Positions 8,852-19,257 of a stretch of DNA of 43,757 bases are shown piece after piece. Below the pieces are notes generated by a model. That model was not told the DNA's origin. It searched no databases and saw only the letters and a list, made by a program, of their open reading frames with translations. Every line of letters begins with the position of its first letter. The first letter of the stretch is position 1. The DNA comes from Octopus bimaculoides (taxonomy: Eukaryota), in NCBI RefSeq assembly GCF_001194135.2, contig NC_069001.1, forward strand, positions 38,476,284 through 38,520,040. Reading direction: 5' to 3'. The translations under genes and the position numbers were made by a program.

Positions 8852-10673
8852 CTTAACGTTTAAAAGATAATGAGAAAAATATATATCAAAAGGATGTTTT
8901 ATAATACTATTCCACATATACAAAAACATCCATACCAACATACCTCCATCATCAGCCACCCCACGGATATCATTGTGGTTTGGACACCAGGACAGTACCA
9001 TTCAATCCGGCGGTGTCAACAGCACTAAAATAAGTGTTGTTTTGGAACAAACATGCGAAAGAAACCACAACTTTCAAACACATTTACCCTATGTACAACC
9101 TTATCAGTAAATAAATTCAATAAGTAAATTACAACCAACTCCTAAATACGTAACTAAACAGCGACCAATCCATCAAGTCATACAAAAGTTATAACACCTA
9201 CCGTCTTCCATAGTATAATATAAAAGTGAAAGCTTAGTAACCACATTCATTCAATCAATCAATTTATAGGCAGGATTAAACACGAACTTTAATAAAACTA
9301 CGTTTCCAAATCAGTGGCTTAAAGGGTGATGAAACTCACAACAAACGATTTCAAGATAAGTTTCAATAAGTATACGTAGTCTTTTAGATTCAGGAGCAGG
9401 GAGAACTGTTCATCCCTACCCTGCTTTCTCTGGCGACCTCAGGTCAGGGAAAATTACCCGTCCATCATAACCTTGAATGCAATTGTTACTGTTGTCTTTG
9501 AGAAAGTATTCGAATGTATCCCATAACAAGAAGTATGAGCTTTCATACTTTTGTCACCAACGGAGCTCTTTTTTTGGCTAATTTTAAGCCTTTATTTGAG
9601 AGTACTGTTCCATAGTTTAATGTAAACTTTCGCTGATAGTTCAGTGGAATTTATAATGAAAGAAGGGAAGACTATTCAATGATTTGGGGAGACTCATTAG
9701 ATAAAGTAGTCCTTGATGTTCTATGTCTGATGGGATTGTCGTGGGTGGAACCCATTTGATCATAGGTCTGCTTGATCAAGGGTGACCGACGACTAAACAA
9801 GGACACACTATATAACGTAGTCCTGGACGTACTTTCAGCTTTGACCAGGAGAACATCAGCATAGAGGGACACATAAGATATTGTAGTCCTTGATACATTA
9901 CGTCAAAGTAATATGAAATGGTCACGACAGAAACACATTTAATCAGAGGTCTTCTTGATCAGCAATGGCCTAGGGCTAAAACAACAACAACAAGCGGATC
10001 CGTAATAACAGGAGTGGTTGTGTGGTAAGAAACTTACTTCCCAACCACACGGTTCCGGGTTCAGTCCCACTGCGTGGAACCTTGGGTAAATGTCTACTAT
10101 CGCACCAGGCCGACCAAAGCCTTGCGAATGGATTTGATTTGGTAGGCGGAAATTGAAAGAAGCCCATCGTACATATTTATGTTTGTGCGTGTGTTTGCCT
10201 TCCACAACGCTTGACATCCAGTGTTGGCGTGCTTATGTGCCCGTCACCTAGCGGTTTGACAAAAGAAGCCGATAAAATAAGTACCAGGCTTTATATATAT
10301 GTATGTATAGGTATTGGGAGCGATTCATTGGACTAAACATTCTTGAAGGTGGTGCCCCAGCATGACCGCAGTCTAATGACTGAAACAAGTAAAAGGTAAA
10401 GAAAATAAAGGTGAAAGGAAAGGCATGAATGCCTCTTAATCTGTTTCCACTCACCTCGCGGCTGTCGCTGAGACATAATACTTGGAAGTAGTTTTCAATC
10501 TGAACCACGTCTTGTCTTTTGTCGATGAAAACAATCTCGTACATATCACTGTCCAAATTTAATGGTTCCAGTAATTCTATAATACGGTTACAAGCGGGAA
10601 TATAACTCTTGCAGAATAACAAAACTTTCCTTTGGTCTATCTTGGCATCGACAAAGCGTTCAGCTACAGCCAT
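8112..10673 (-). CDS. Atypical glutaredoxin-like protein (IPAC in place of CPYC) with a C-terminal 15-aa tandem-repeat tail
   Basis: Exon A 10673..10455 (219 nt, donor GAG|GTGAGT) encodes MAVAERFVDAKIDQRKVLLFCKSYIPACNRIIELLEPLNLDSDMYEIVFIDKRQDVVQIENYFQVLCLSDSRE. Exon B starts at 8851 (TAAG| acceptor, phase 0) and encodes VPQLFICGKYFGGPEKIFYWNKLGKLAEKVHEAIRAS..., then (PEPTPAQELSTSESV)n, ending PEPTPKTVLEEVTTDG* with TAA at 8114..8112. Grx hallmarks present: K before the active site, cis-Pro VP, IxGKxxGG. The 255-N gap (8267..8521) prevents an exact length. Confidence 0.88.
8151..8706 (-). repeat. Coding 45-bp minisatellite (plus-strand unit TGTTGGTTCCGGGACAGACTCCGATGTAGACAACTCTTGTGCAGG)
   Basis: Four units at 8522..8701 and ~2.6 units at 8151..8266, nearly identical. 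About 5-6 more are implied by the 255-N gap. There are no spacers. Confidence 0.95.
10009..10396 (+). mobile_element. tRNA-derived SINE, family A (in the Grx-like intron, antisense)
   Basis: A-box-like TGGTTGTGTGG, B-box-like GGTTCAGTCCC, tail GACTGAAACAAGTAAAAG. Several homologous copies occur in the window. Confidence 0.8.
10455..10673 (-). CDS. Glutaredoxin-like exon A (N-terminal half of the Grx fold)
   Basis: ATG at 10673 in AAAATGG context, 73 codons, GTGAGT donor. Confidence 0.88.
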
Positions 10674-10947
10674 TTTCTCACATATGTACACATGCAAACA
10701 TAGACACCATACATACGTGTGTGTGTGTGTGGTCACTCCCAGACGGTCTCGGCGGACGCCCTCACGATTCAAACTCCGAATAGTTGTCGAGTAAATTGAT
10801 CAGCTGATGTTGCGGTGGTGATATTTCTTTTCTTAATTGCATTTCTAAACACAAGCGTATTGCATGTATAATTGAATATGTATATATATTAACTTTTCAC
10901 CACATAGTCTACAGGTACAAATTAGTCATGCGTAGCATATTGCAGCA

Positions 10948-10950
<3 letters not shown>

Positions 10951-10989
<39 letters not shown>
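10951..10989. repeat. (TAG)13 microsatellite
   Basis: Perfect trinucleotide run. Confidence 0.95.
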
Positions 10990-11283
10990 ATGGTTCCAGA
11001 TGTCCGTTCTTGTTACATTTGGACAACTCGGTTGTCAAGGAAGCAAAAAAAAAAAATTCAAGGGAAGTAACTTTGTAATTCGTATTTGTATTTACCTTCC
11101 TTGAATAATTTGAACAACCCCAGAATGAATTCCTGTTTCTGTGTGGTTTTCAGAAGAACCTGAAGACACTCGAGACCCTTTCGCCTTTAAATACGAAATA
11201 TAGACCCCTATACCCTTTAACTTCACTGTCAAAAAAGTCAATATATATTACAAGTTTTTTTTTATTATAATTTCATTTGTATC

Positions 11284-11645
11284 GGCGCAGGGATGGCTGT
11301 GTAGTTAAGAAGCTCCTTTTGAAGTCATGTGGTTTCAAGTTCAATTCCACTGCATGGAACTTTGGGCCGACCACTGCTTTATGAGCAAATTTAATCGACA
11401 GAAACTGTGTGGAAACCCTTCATTTATACATGTGTGTGTGTTGTGCTTATCCCCACCACTACTGCTTAGCAACCAGTGTCGGTTTGTTTACGTTCCTGTT
11501 ACTTAACGGTTCAACAAAACTGAATGATAGAATAAATACCAGGCTTTGGAGAAATAAGGACTGGTGTTGATTTCTTCGACTAAAAATTCTTGAAGGCTGT
11601 GCTCCAGCCTGGCCGCAGTCCAATGCACAAAACGAGTAAAAGAAG
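11284..11645 (+). mobile_element. tRNA-derived SINE, family A
   Basis: GGCGCAGGGATGGCTGTGTAGTTAAG head, AGTTCAATTCC B-box, same tail as 10009..10396. Confidence 0.75.
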
Positions 11646-11705
11646 ATAAAGTATACCCGTGTCATCAAAATTGACTGTTTCTTTTCTTTTATCTTTTCCC
11701 CGTTT

Positions 11706-11830
11706 CAATCTCCCTGAGAACTACGTTAAGAGTACGTGTGTCTGCGGAGTACTCAGCCACTTGCACGTGAATTTCACGAGTAGGCTGTTCCATATAGGAA
11801 CAACCGAAGTGTCATCGTCGTTACTGACGG
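11706..11830 (+). mobile_element. SINE family B, 3' fragment
   Basis: AATCTCCCTGAGAACTACGTTAAG...CCACTTGCACGT is the reverse complement of ~255..330. Confidence 0.7.
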
Positions 11831-11930
11831 AATGCCATGTTACTCTCAACTCTCATCCACCTTTCAACAATTTACTACACACACAATTATGCATACAGAC
11901 AGACACACAGACAGGTAGAGAGATTTTTTT

Positions 11931-12312
11931 TCTTCTTTTACTTGTTTCAGTTATTAGACTGCGGCCATACTGGGGCATTTTATTTGAGCGAATCAACCCC
12001 AGTACTCATTTTTTAAGCCTGGTACTTATTCTATCTGTTCCTTTTGCCGAACCGCTGTTACGGGAACGTAAAGACACCAACACCGGTTGTCAAGCTGCGA
12101 TGCGGAACAAAGACAAACACAAGGTCTTACGTACATACATACATACATACATACATACATACGACAGGCTTCTTTCAGTTTCCGTCAACCAAATCCAAAT
12201 CCATTCTCAAGGCTTTGGTCGGCCCGGGCTATATAGTAGAAGGCCCCCACGGAAGATGGGGCTGAACCCGGAACCATGCAGGTGGGAAGCAAAGTTCTTA
12301 CTACACATCCAA
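11931..12312 (-). mobile_element. tRNA-derived SINE, family A (inverted)
   Basis: TTTTACTTGTTTCAGT...GGGCTGAACCCGGAACCATG is the reverse complement of the family A tail and head. Confidence 0.75.
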
Positions 12313-12643
12313 GTGCGCATATTTCTGAGTCTCAATCGGACGAAATTCAGACAAAACGCTCTGCTTTTTTATAAATGAATAAACGTCACCACACAGCATC
12401 GTCTGTTTCTTTTCCTCTTTACATATATATATGTATATATACACGCACAGATACACACATACACGTGCAGACGTAGATGAATAACAATAGACAAAAGAAA
12501 CTCGTTCGTTCTGGAATAAGAGAATGTCCGTTTAAGAAAATCGCTCAAATAAAAAAAAAAACAGTGCGTCTAACCCAGTAAACCATTAAACCATTAAACT
12601 ACTAAACTGTTACACCGGTAACCCCCCCCCCTCTCAATGTCTA

Positions 12644-13124
12644 ACCGGAAGTGAATATTACACTTCTCTGTCTCTGTTTCTCTTTCTTTTTTACTTCACT
12701 ACCACCTACTCTTTCTCTCTTACTTTCCCTTCCTCCTCTCTCTTTCACTCTGATCTGTCTTTTTCTAACTCTACTTCCCTCATTCTTCTCTGTCTTACTC
12801 TTCTTTCTCTCTTTCCTTATCACTCCTCTCACTCTTTTTCTCCGTCTTCTACATCATTGCCTCTCCTCTCTTATTACTTCTCTCTCACTCTCCTTCTTCT
12901 CTTACTCCCCTTCTTCTCTCGCTCTCTTATATATACTCCTCTCACTTCTTTTTCTCTCCGTCCTACATCACCGTCCCCCTCTCTCTCCCTCCCTTGCTAT
13001 TCTCTCCTATCACCACTCCTCACACAATATCCCACACTACCGCCATATTGAACTCTCTGTTCCCACCAAAGAATCTTTCTCCGATCGTCTTCTTCTTCGT
13101 GTTTTGCCTCCATTTCCCGTAAGT
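12644..13124 (+). promoter_or_regulatory. Putative housekeeping promoter and non-coding first exon of PRPF38B
   Basis: ETS-type motif ACCGGAAGTG (12644..12653), YY1-type motif CCGCCATATT (13040..13049) and a GTAAGT donor at 13119..13124. PRPF38B exon 22298 has an acceptor and so needs an upstream exon. Confidence 0.45.
12660..13020 (+). repeat. Polypyrimidine (CT-rich) low-complexity tract
   Basis: About 360 bp that is overwhelmingly C/T on the plus strand. Confidence 0.85.
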
Positions 13125-14029
13125 AACACAATTCCTTCCATTATCTCAACCTCGCCGATTTCTCCCTTAATCCATTGTCTTTCATTTAATCACGGCCAAC
13201 CCCGTCCTATCCATTCCTAACCGTCCTCTTATTTACCGTTATTGCATTTCTATTAACACAAACAATTTCTCTCGTGTTTCACAAACAAAAAAAATCGCAT
13301 TTTCCAATCAAAAGACGCAAAAAAACCTCAAAGAAACATAAAATCTCGTTAGATAAACTTGTATTGATGCTAAATTTCTAATGAAGAGGCATCAATGTCG
13401 TTCCTTCGTCCAAAGATCGTCGTTGTTCAGCTCCAAGTCCCAGGTCAGTCTTGATTGGAACAAGACAAACCATTAAACAATGTCCCGGTCGTGACCATCC
13501 TGTCTTTTATTCAGGTATATTCTGTCTCTAATCACTTTATCTAGCACCTCCCATCTTTAGATTATTTATTAAAGACACTCAGGTGTGATGTTGGAAGGCA
13601 GATTTGGCTGCTGTTTCTAACAGATTGTTTAAACTGCTTCGAAGTTCCTTTCATCCGGGGCGGATATGAAATCACAACGTGACAAAGATCAGAGTGAAAC
13701 TGCTTTAAAAACAAATTTCTTCTTGATCATTTCTGTTGGATTGCTGTTTCTATTTCACAATTGTTTATGTATTAATAGGTTTAATTAATTATTATGTTTT
13801 TTACTAATTATTAAATATTTGAATCATGACTTCGTTATGTGGAGACAAACATGCACGTTTAAGACAACGGCTTTTTTGTCCCTCCACACTGGAAGTTCCA
13901 CAGTGTATATATATATACTTAAACTCACTAATTGATTAAACAAATCTTTAGTTTTTGTGTGTTAATTAAACGTTATTAAGATTTCAAACCTCTTTAGTGG
14001 GTTTTTAGGACTCCCCTTGAGTGTACTCT

Positions 14030-14060
<31 letters not shown>

Positions 14061-16200
14061 TTTCTGTGTACTTTTGTAAAGTCTTCAACCATGTGTTATC
14101 AATGTGTGCGCACATTTATTACATATGTATGTATATATATATATATATATAATACAGTATTATAGATCCCAGCCCATCTTACCAATATGTGTCTGCTTTT
14201 GTGTAATTCTTCAACCATGTGTTTTCAACGTTTGTGTGTGTGTGTGTGTCTGTATATACACACACACACACACCAACGTGGGTAATAAAGGAATGTATTT
14301 TGTTCGTTTGAAGTGGATGGTTCAGTCCGTTGCTCCTCTGAGTTCCTCACGTTTCTGCGTTCTTTCATTCCACATAAAGGAGATATATTCTTAGATCCAA
14401 ACGCATATGTCTGTGTTCGTGCCTTGTCATTTAACCCAGGTCAGCTCTGAAGTGGATAAGTTAACAATAATCAGCTACATTCCAGTTATGATTGTCCTGT
14501 GTTTATTATTTTCTCTTTTCTTCCTGGTGTGGTGTATTCAAGATTGCATTATCCCATAGTTCGGTGTTATTTGAAGAAAACGTAGCTGTTATTTCTAGGA
14601 AATATATGTCTTCCTGGCGAGAGAAATTCGGCCTTATAAATAAACACCTAAAATACAACATTTTTTAGTTTTTGCATAATGTCTTTTGTTTCATTCCTTT
14701 ATGTTCTGCGTTCAAATTCGTCCATAAGGGGTCGATACTATCAGCTAACCTCCTTCCAAACAAAATTGCAGGCTTCGTTCGTAAATAGGAAACAAGGCTG
14801 CAAGTTTGCAGAATCATTTGGAAAAAATTCCATGAAGCAGTTGTTCTCTTTCCGAGTTCAAATCCCACCTAGGTGAGCCTTACATTTTATTCTTTTGGGG
14901 GTCAGTAAAATAAAGTGCTTGTCATGTACTGGGGATCCGTGGTATTAATTTGCTCCCTCCCCTCAATATTGTTGACGTTGTGCAGAAATCAGAAACAGCA
15001 GAATTGTTAGCACTCCAAGCAAAATACTGCTACATTCTGAGTTCAAATTCCACCGAGGTTAACAGATGAAAGTTTGCAACAGGAAGGGCATCCAGGCATA
15101 GAAAGTCTCTCAATAGACTCCATTCAACCCATGTGAGCATACAATGATGTTTTTTATACATATTCACCATACTTTGCTTCCAGTGGAACTAAGGATGTCA
15201 CTACAGCTATCTGACCCTCTTACCAACTCCTTCATTTGTGCCATCCACCAATACTAGACTCACCTACATTGCATTGCTCATCACTCAACCTCTTCAACCC
15301 ATCTCAGTAAAGTAGTTGGTGTTAGGAATGGGCATCCAGTCGTTAAAACCAGGCAAAAACTGAAACAGGAGTGAGGTGAGGTCCTCTAACCCACCTAGCT
15401 GAGCAGAAACCTTCAAATATGTTCTGTCTGTAACTAGGCTGACCCACCCAACCTGTCTCAGCAGCGAAACAGATGTAAAGAATCAATGACAATGTTGCTA
15501 AATGTGTGTTTGTTAGAACAAGGCTTACACAAACAATGAAGTACTCAGTATTGTTTGTGTTTTATGTCCAGATTGGGATATTGTGTGCTTAATCTAAAGC
15601 CAAGCTATATTATAGAGAGATGTATATATATAGATATATGCCAGTTGCCAAGTGGTATCCAAGAAATCAGAAAAGGCTTCCATGATGGGAGGAAGATGAT
15701 TTAGTTAAGCAGTTTGGGTTGAGATGGAAAAGAATGGCACACTCAAGAAAGAATTGGAAGCGCATTGTGACCAGCAGTGTGCAACCACATCTGATTGTCT
15801 GGTCAATACTGGGATACACACACACACACATATATATTAACATTCAATGGAATATTTATCAAAATGTTTAAAGATTCTTTTTTCTTTTTTTTTCCTAACA
15901 AACTCTGTATTTAATTTCATTTTAAAAACATTTATTTAGATTTTCAATTCCTGACAGAATGACAGGTATTTATCTTCTAAATATCTATTATGGAAATGTG
16001 TGTACAATAGCTATGTAAATAAATCCTTTGAAATGTGTGGGTGTCCACATGGTTTCTTTCTGTCATGTCACTTATTCATGCTCTGGTCAGTCTGAGGCTG
16101 GCGTAGAAAACACCTGACCCCTAGGTACTCATATGGAGTCAGTCTGACAGACCATACTTCCAGTGATGTTTATAGTTTAAACTGTAATCCTCTTTCTCTT

Positions 16201-16246
<46 letters not shown>

Positions 16247-17159
16247 TCTGGGTATTTCAACACCTGTTTGTTGTCTCTTGATCAATATTTATTTTAGCTT
16301 TATTGAAACTTTCTGTTCAATAACTGTAGAAATATTTCTGGGCGAAGGAAACGGAGAGAGAAAGGTGATCGTTGGCACAGTGACCCCATTATGTCGCACA
16401 GTGTTGTGTCGGGTTGGTTCAACTGTATCAAGTATCAATGCCTCTTTTGTGAGTCCTCATTCTGTTGTGTTGAAATGTCTTTTTTATCCAAGAGCAGAGT
16501 CAGTCTTTTGTTTGTTGTCTATGGCTGTGTGGTTGAGAAGATTACTTCCAATCAATATGGTCTTGGATTCAGTCCCACTGTGCAGCACTTTCTACTACAG
16601 CCACAGGCTAACCAAAGCCTTATAAGTGTGGGTTTGATTGACGGAGACTGGAAGAAGCCCCTTAGATATATATATATATATATATATCGTTATCATCATC
16701 ATTTAACGTCTGTCTTCCATGCTGGCATGAGTAGGACGTTTTGACAGGAGTAGGTAAACCAGAGAGCTGCACCAGGCTCCAGCTGTCTGTTTTGGCCTGG
16801 TTTCTATGGCTGGATGCCCTTCCTAATGCCAACCACTTTACGGAGTGTCTGCTGGGTGCATTTTATGTGGCACGTGTGTGTGTGTGTGTACCCTTGTCTA
16901 GTCATCATGTGATGGTTGTAAATGAGCCATCACCATCATACAAGCGACGTTGTTCATTTACAGTCTTTTATGAAAAACATGTCCAGCTGCAGGAAAGTAT
17001 TAGTTAGCTTGGAAACAGGGGACAACAGGGGAGGGCATCCGGCCATAGAAAACTTGCTGCCCACAAATGCCATCTGACCCATGCAGGCGTGGAAAAGTGG
17101 ACGTTAAATGATGATGATACATTATATAGAAACTTTGTCATTTCCAAACAGCCATACCA

Positions 17160-17400
17160 GCGTTTATGATCCCTTGGGGCAGGGTTCACATAAGATTTTG
17201 TTGTTAGAATTTATGTACAATAAATTGGTTGTGCTTCTAAAATACTCAAAATATTTTAACAATTTTTTTCAGTACAATTTCTAGCAATGTTCAATTTTAT
17301 AAGTAGGAGTTTTTTAAAGCATTGAATAACCATTGGGGCCCCACACGAGTGAAATGGGGATCAGAGTGGTCCACAGGCAAAAGTTAGTTGAGAACCAGTG
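17160..17400. mobile_element. hAT-like MITE, same family, left end decayed
   Basis: Right end GTTGAGAACCAGTG. The interior is similar to 18475..18710. Confidence 0.55.
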
Positions 17401-18474
17401 TTAAACCATTCGACCTGGTGCAAAGATGGGACACTTGAGTTTAATGATGATTATAAAATTGGATGCGCTGAATGCATGGCAGATGAGTGTCTCAGGTTGC
17501 AGCTGTCGATAGTATCCATTGTGAAAATCCCCCTGCTGTGGGATTCACTGGGGAAATGTGTGTGACCGTATGGAGTTTATTGTATGAAGAAGAGCAAAGC
17601 GAGAAAGAGAGATGAATGAGAGGCAGAACGCTAGGATTTTGTTTATTTCGTATCCGTTACAATTGTAATGGATATGAAATAATTGAAATACCAACGACTT
17701 GCTTCCTATTCTTCTCTCCAACTCTACCTAAATATATCGAATAAAGCTGCTGTGAAGCACAACATGTAACCAAAGATCAGGCTGGTGAGCTCCTCACCCT
17801 CCTGTTCCAGTCTTCAATATAGTACGATGCAGAGTCTTCAACCTTGGGATGGGCCAGGGTGCAGAAAATACTCGCCAAGTAATAGCAATAATAATAATCC
17901 ATTCTACTATAGGCACAAGGTCCGAAATTTGGGGGAGGAGATGAGTTGATTGTTTCAACCCAGTATGCAACTGGTACTTATTTTAATGAATGGATGAAAA
18001 ACAAAGTCAACCATGGCAGAATTTGAACTCAGAAGCATTTCACCTGAAGTGCTAACGATTCTGCCGGCTCACCCCACCTTGGAAAGAATTATAATAATAA
18101 AAAGAAAAACAGGTATGGTTGTCAATGCTTCATAGAGCATACAAACGTTTTCATATATGTTAGGGATTTACAAAATCCGAACTTACAAGGAATTACAATT
18201 TGGTAATATCAAATTGAGTTGTGTATTGGAAAATATTTTAATAATTTAGAGAAGAACCCCCATGGTGCAACTCGCATAGCTGCAGGGTAAGATGGTTCCT
18301 TTCCCACCCATACAGCTTCACTCCCACCTTGGGCAAGTGTCTTCTACTATAGCCCTAGGTCATCCAAGTCCTTGTGAGTGGATTTACCAGATGGAAACTG
18401 AAAGAAGCTCATCATTTATGCCCATATGTGTTTTTTGTATCTCCTTGTCTTGATGTCACGTGATTGTTGTAAAC

Positions 18475-18710
18475 CAGTGGTCCTCAATCAGTCCATATGG
18501 CACTTGGGATCCCGTAAGTTTGTGTACAATAAACTGGTTATAATTCTCCAATGCACAAAATATTTTAACACTTTTTTTTTTATAAAATTTCTCACAAAAT
18601 TTAATTACGAAAATGTTTTTTTTTCAAACATTGAAAGGGTATGAGGCTCCATTAGAGGAATTGGGAGTTAAAGGGGGTCCATGGGCAAAAAAAATAGTTG
18701 CAAACCAGTG
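18475..18710. mobile_element. hAT (Charlie-like) non-autonomous MITE
   Basis: Termini CAGTGGTCCTCAA / TTGCAAACCAGTG, with an imperfect 8-bp TSD TTGTAAAC / TTATAAAT. Confidence 0.65.
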
Positions 18711-18947
18711 TTATAAATGAATGCCATTCATTTCCAAAATCCTACAAAGCATGTCTGTCCCTGGGGGAAACATTACCTTGCTTAGAAAACAGGTGAAGAA
18801 AGGGCGTCTGGCTGTAGGAAAAAAACTCTGACCCATGGAAAAATGGGTGTGAAAACAATGATCTTGATTGTTTCGTTAATTTAATTGGGTTTTTACCTTT
18901 TCTCTTTTTTACTTGTTTCAGTCATTTGACTGCGGCCATGCTGGCAG

Positions 18948-19257
18948 ACAGTGGGACTGAACCCAGAACCATGTGGTTGGGAAGCAAACTTCTTACCACA
19001 CAACCATACCTTTTTTTTTTTTTTTATTCCCCATTTAGTGAATTAGTTCACTAATTAGATTTCCAATTAGTCCAAATGTAAATGAATGATTTCTGTANNN
19101 NNNNNNNACAGTGGGACTGAACCCAGAACCATGTGGTTGGGAAGCAAACTTCTTACCACACAACCATACCTTTTTTTTTTTTTTTATTCCCCATTTAGTG
19201 AATTAGTTCACTAATTAGATTTCCAATTAGTCCAAATGTAAATGAATGATTTCTGTA
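18948..19257. other. Assembly artefact: identical 150-bp sequence on both sides of a 10-N gap
   Basis: 18948..19097 is identical to 19108..19257. Confidence 0.85.

Noticed and set aside
9386-9473. Box C/D snoRNA candidate in the Grx-like intron (ATGATGG ... CTGA, segment GGGTAATTT complementary to 18S AAATTACCC)
   Set aside because: The C box is mismatched, the complementarity is only 9 nt and not adjacent to the D' box, the terminal stem is weak and the host gene is atypical. A snoscan or Infernal hit would be needed.
12651-13220. 189-aa Leu/Ser/Phe-rich ORF resembling a membrane protein
   Set aside because: It is a translation of a CT low-complexity tract with no splice support and no family motif.
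18948-19257. Perfect 150-bp direct duplication
   Set aside because: It is 100% identical and separated by exactly 10 Ns, which is typical of an unmerged contig overlap.
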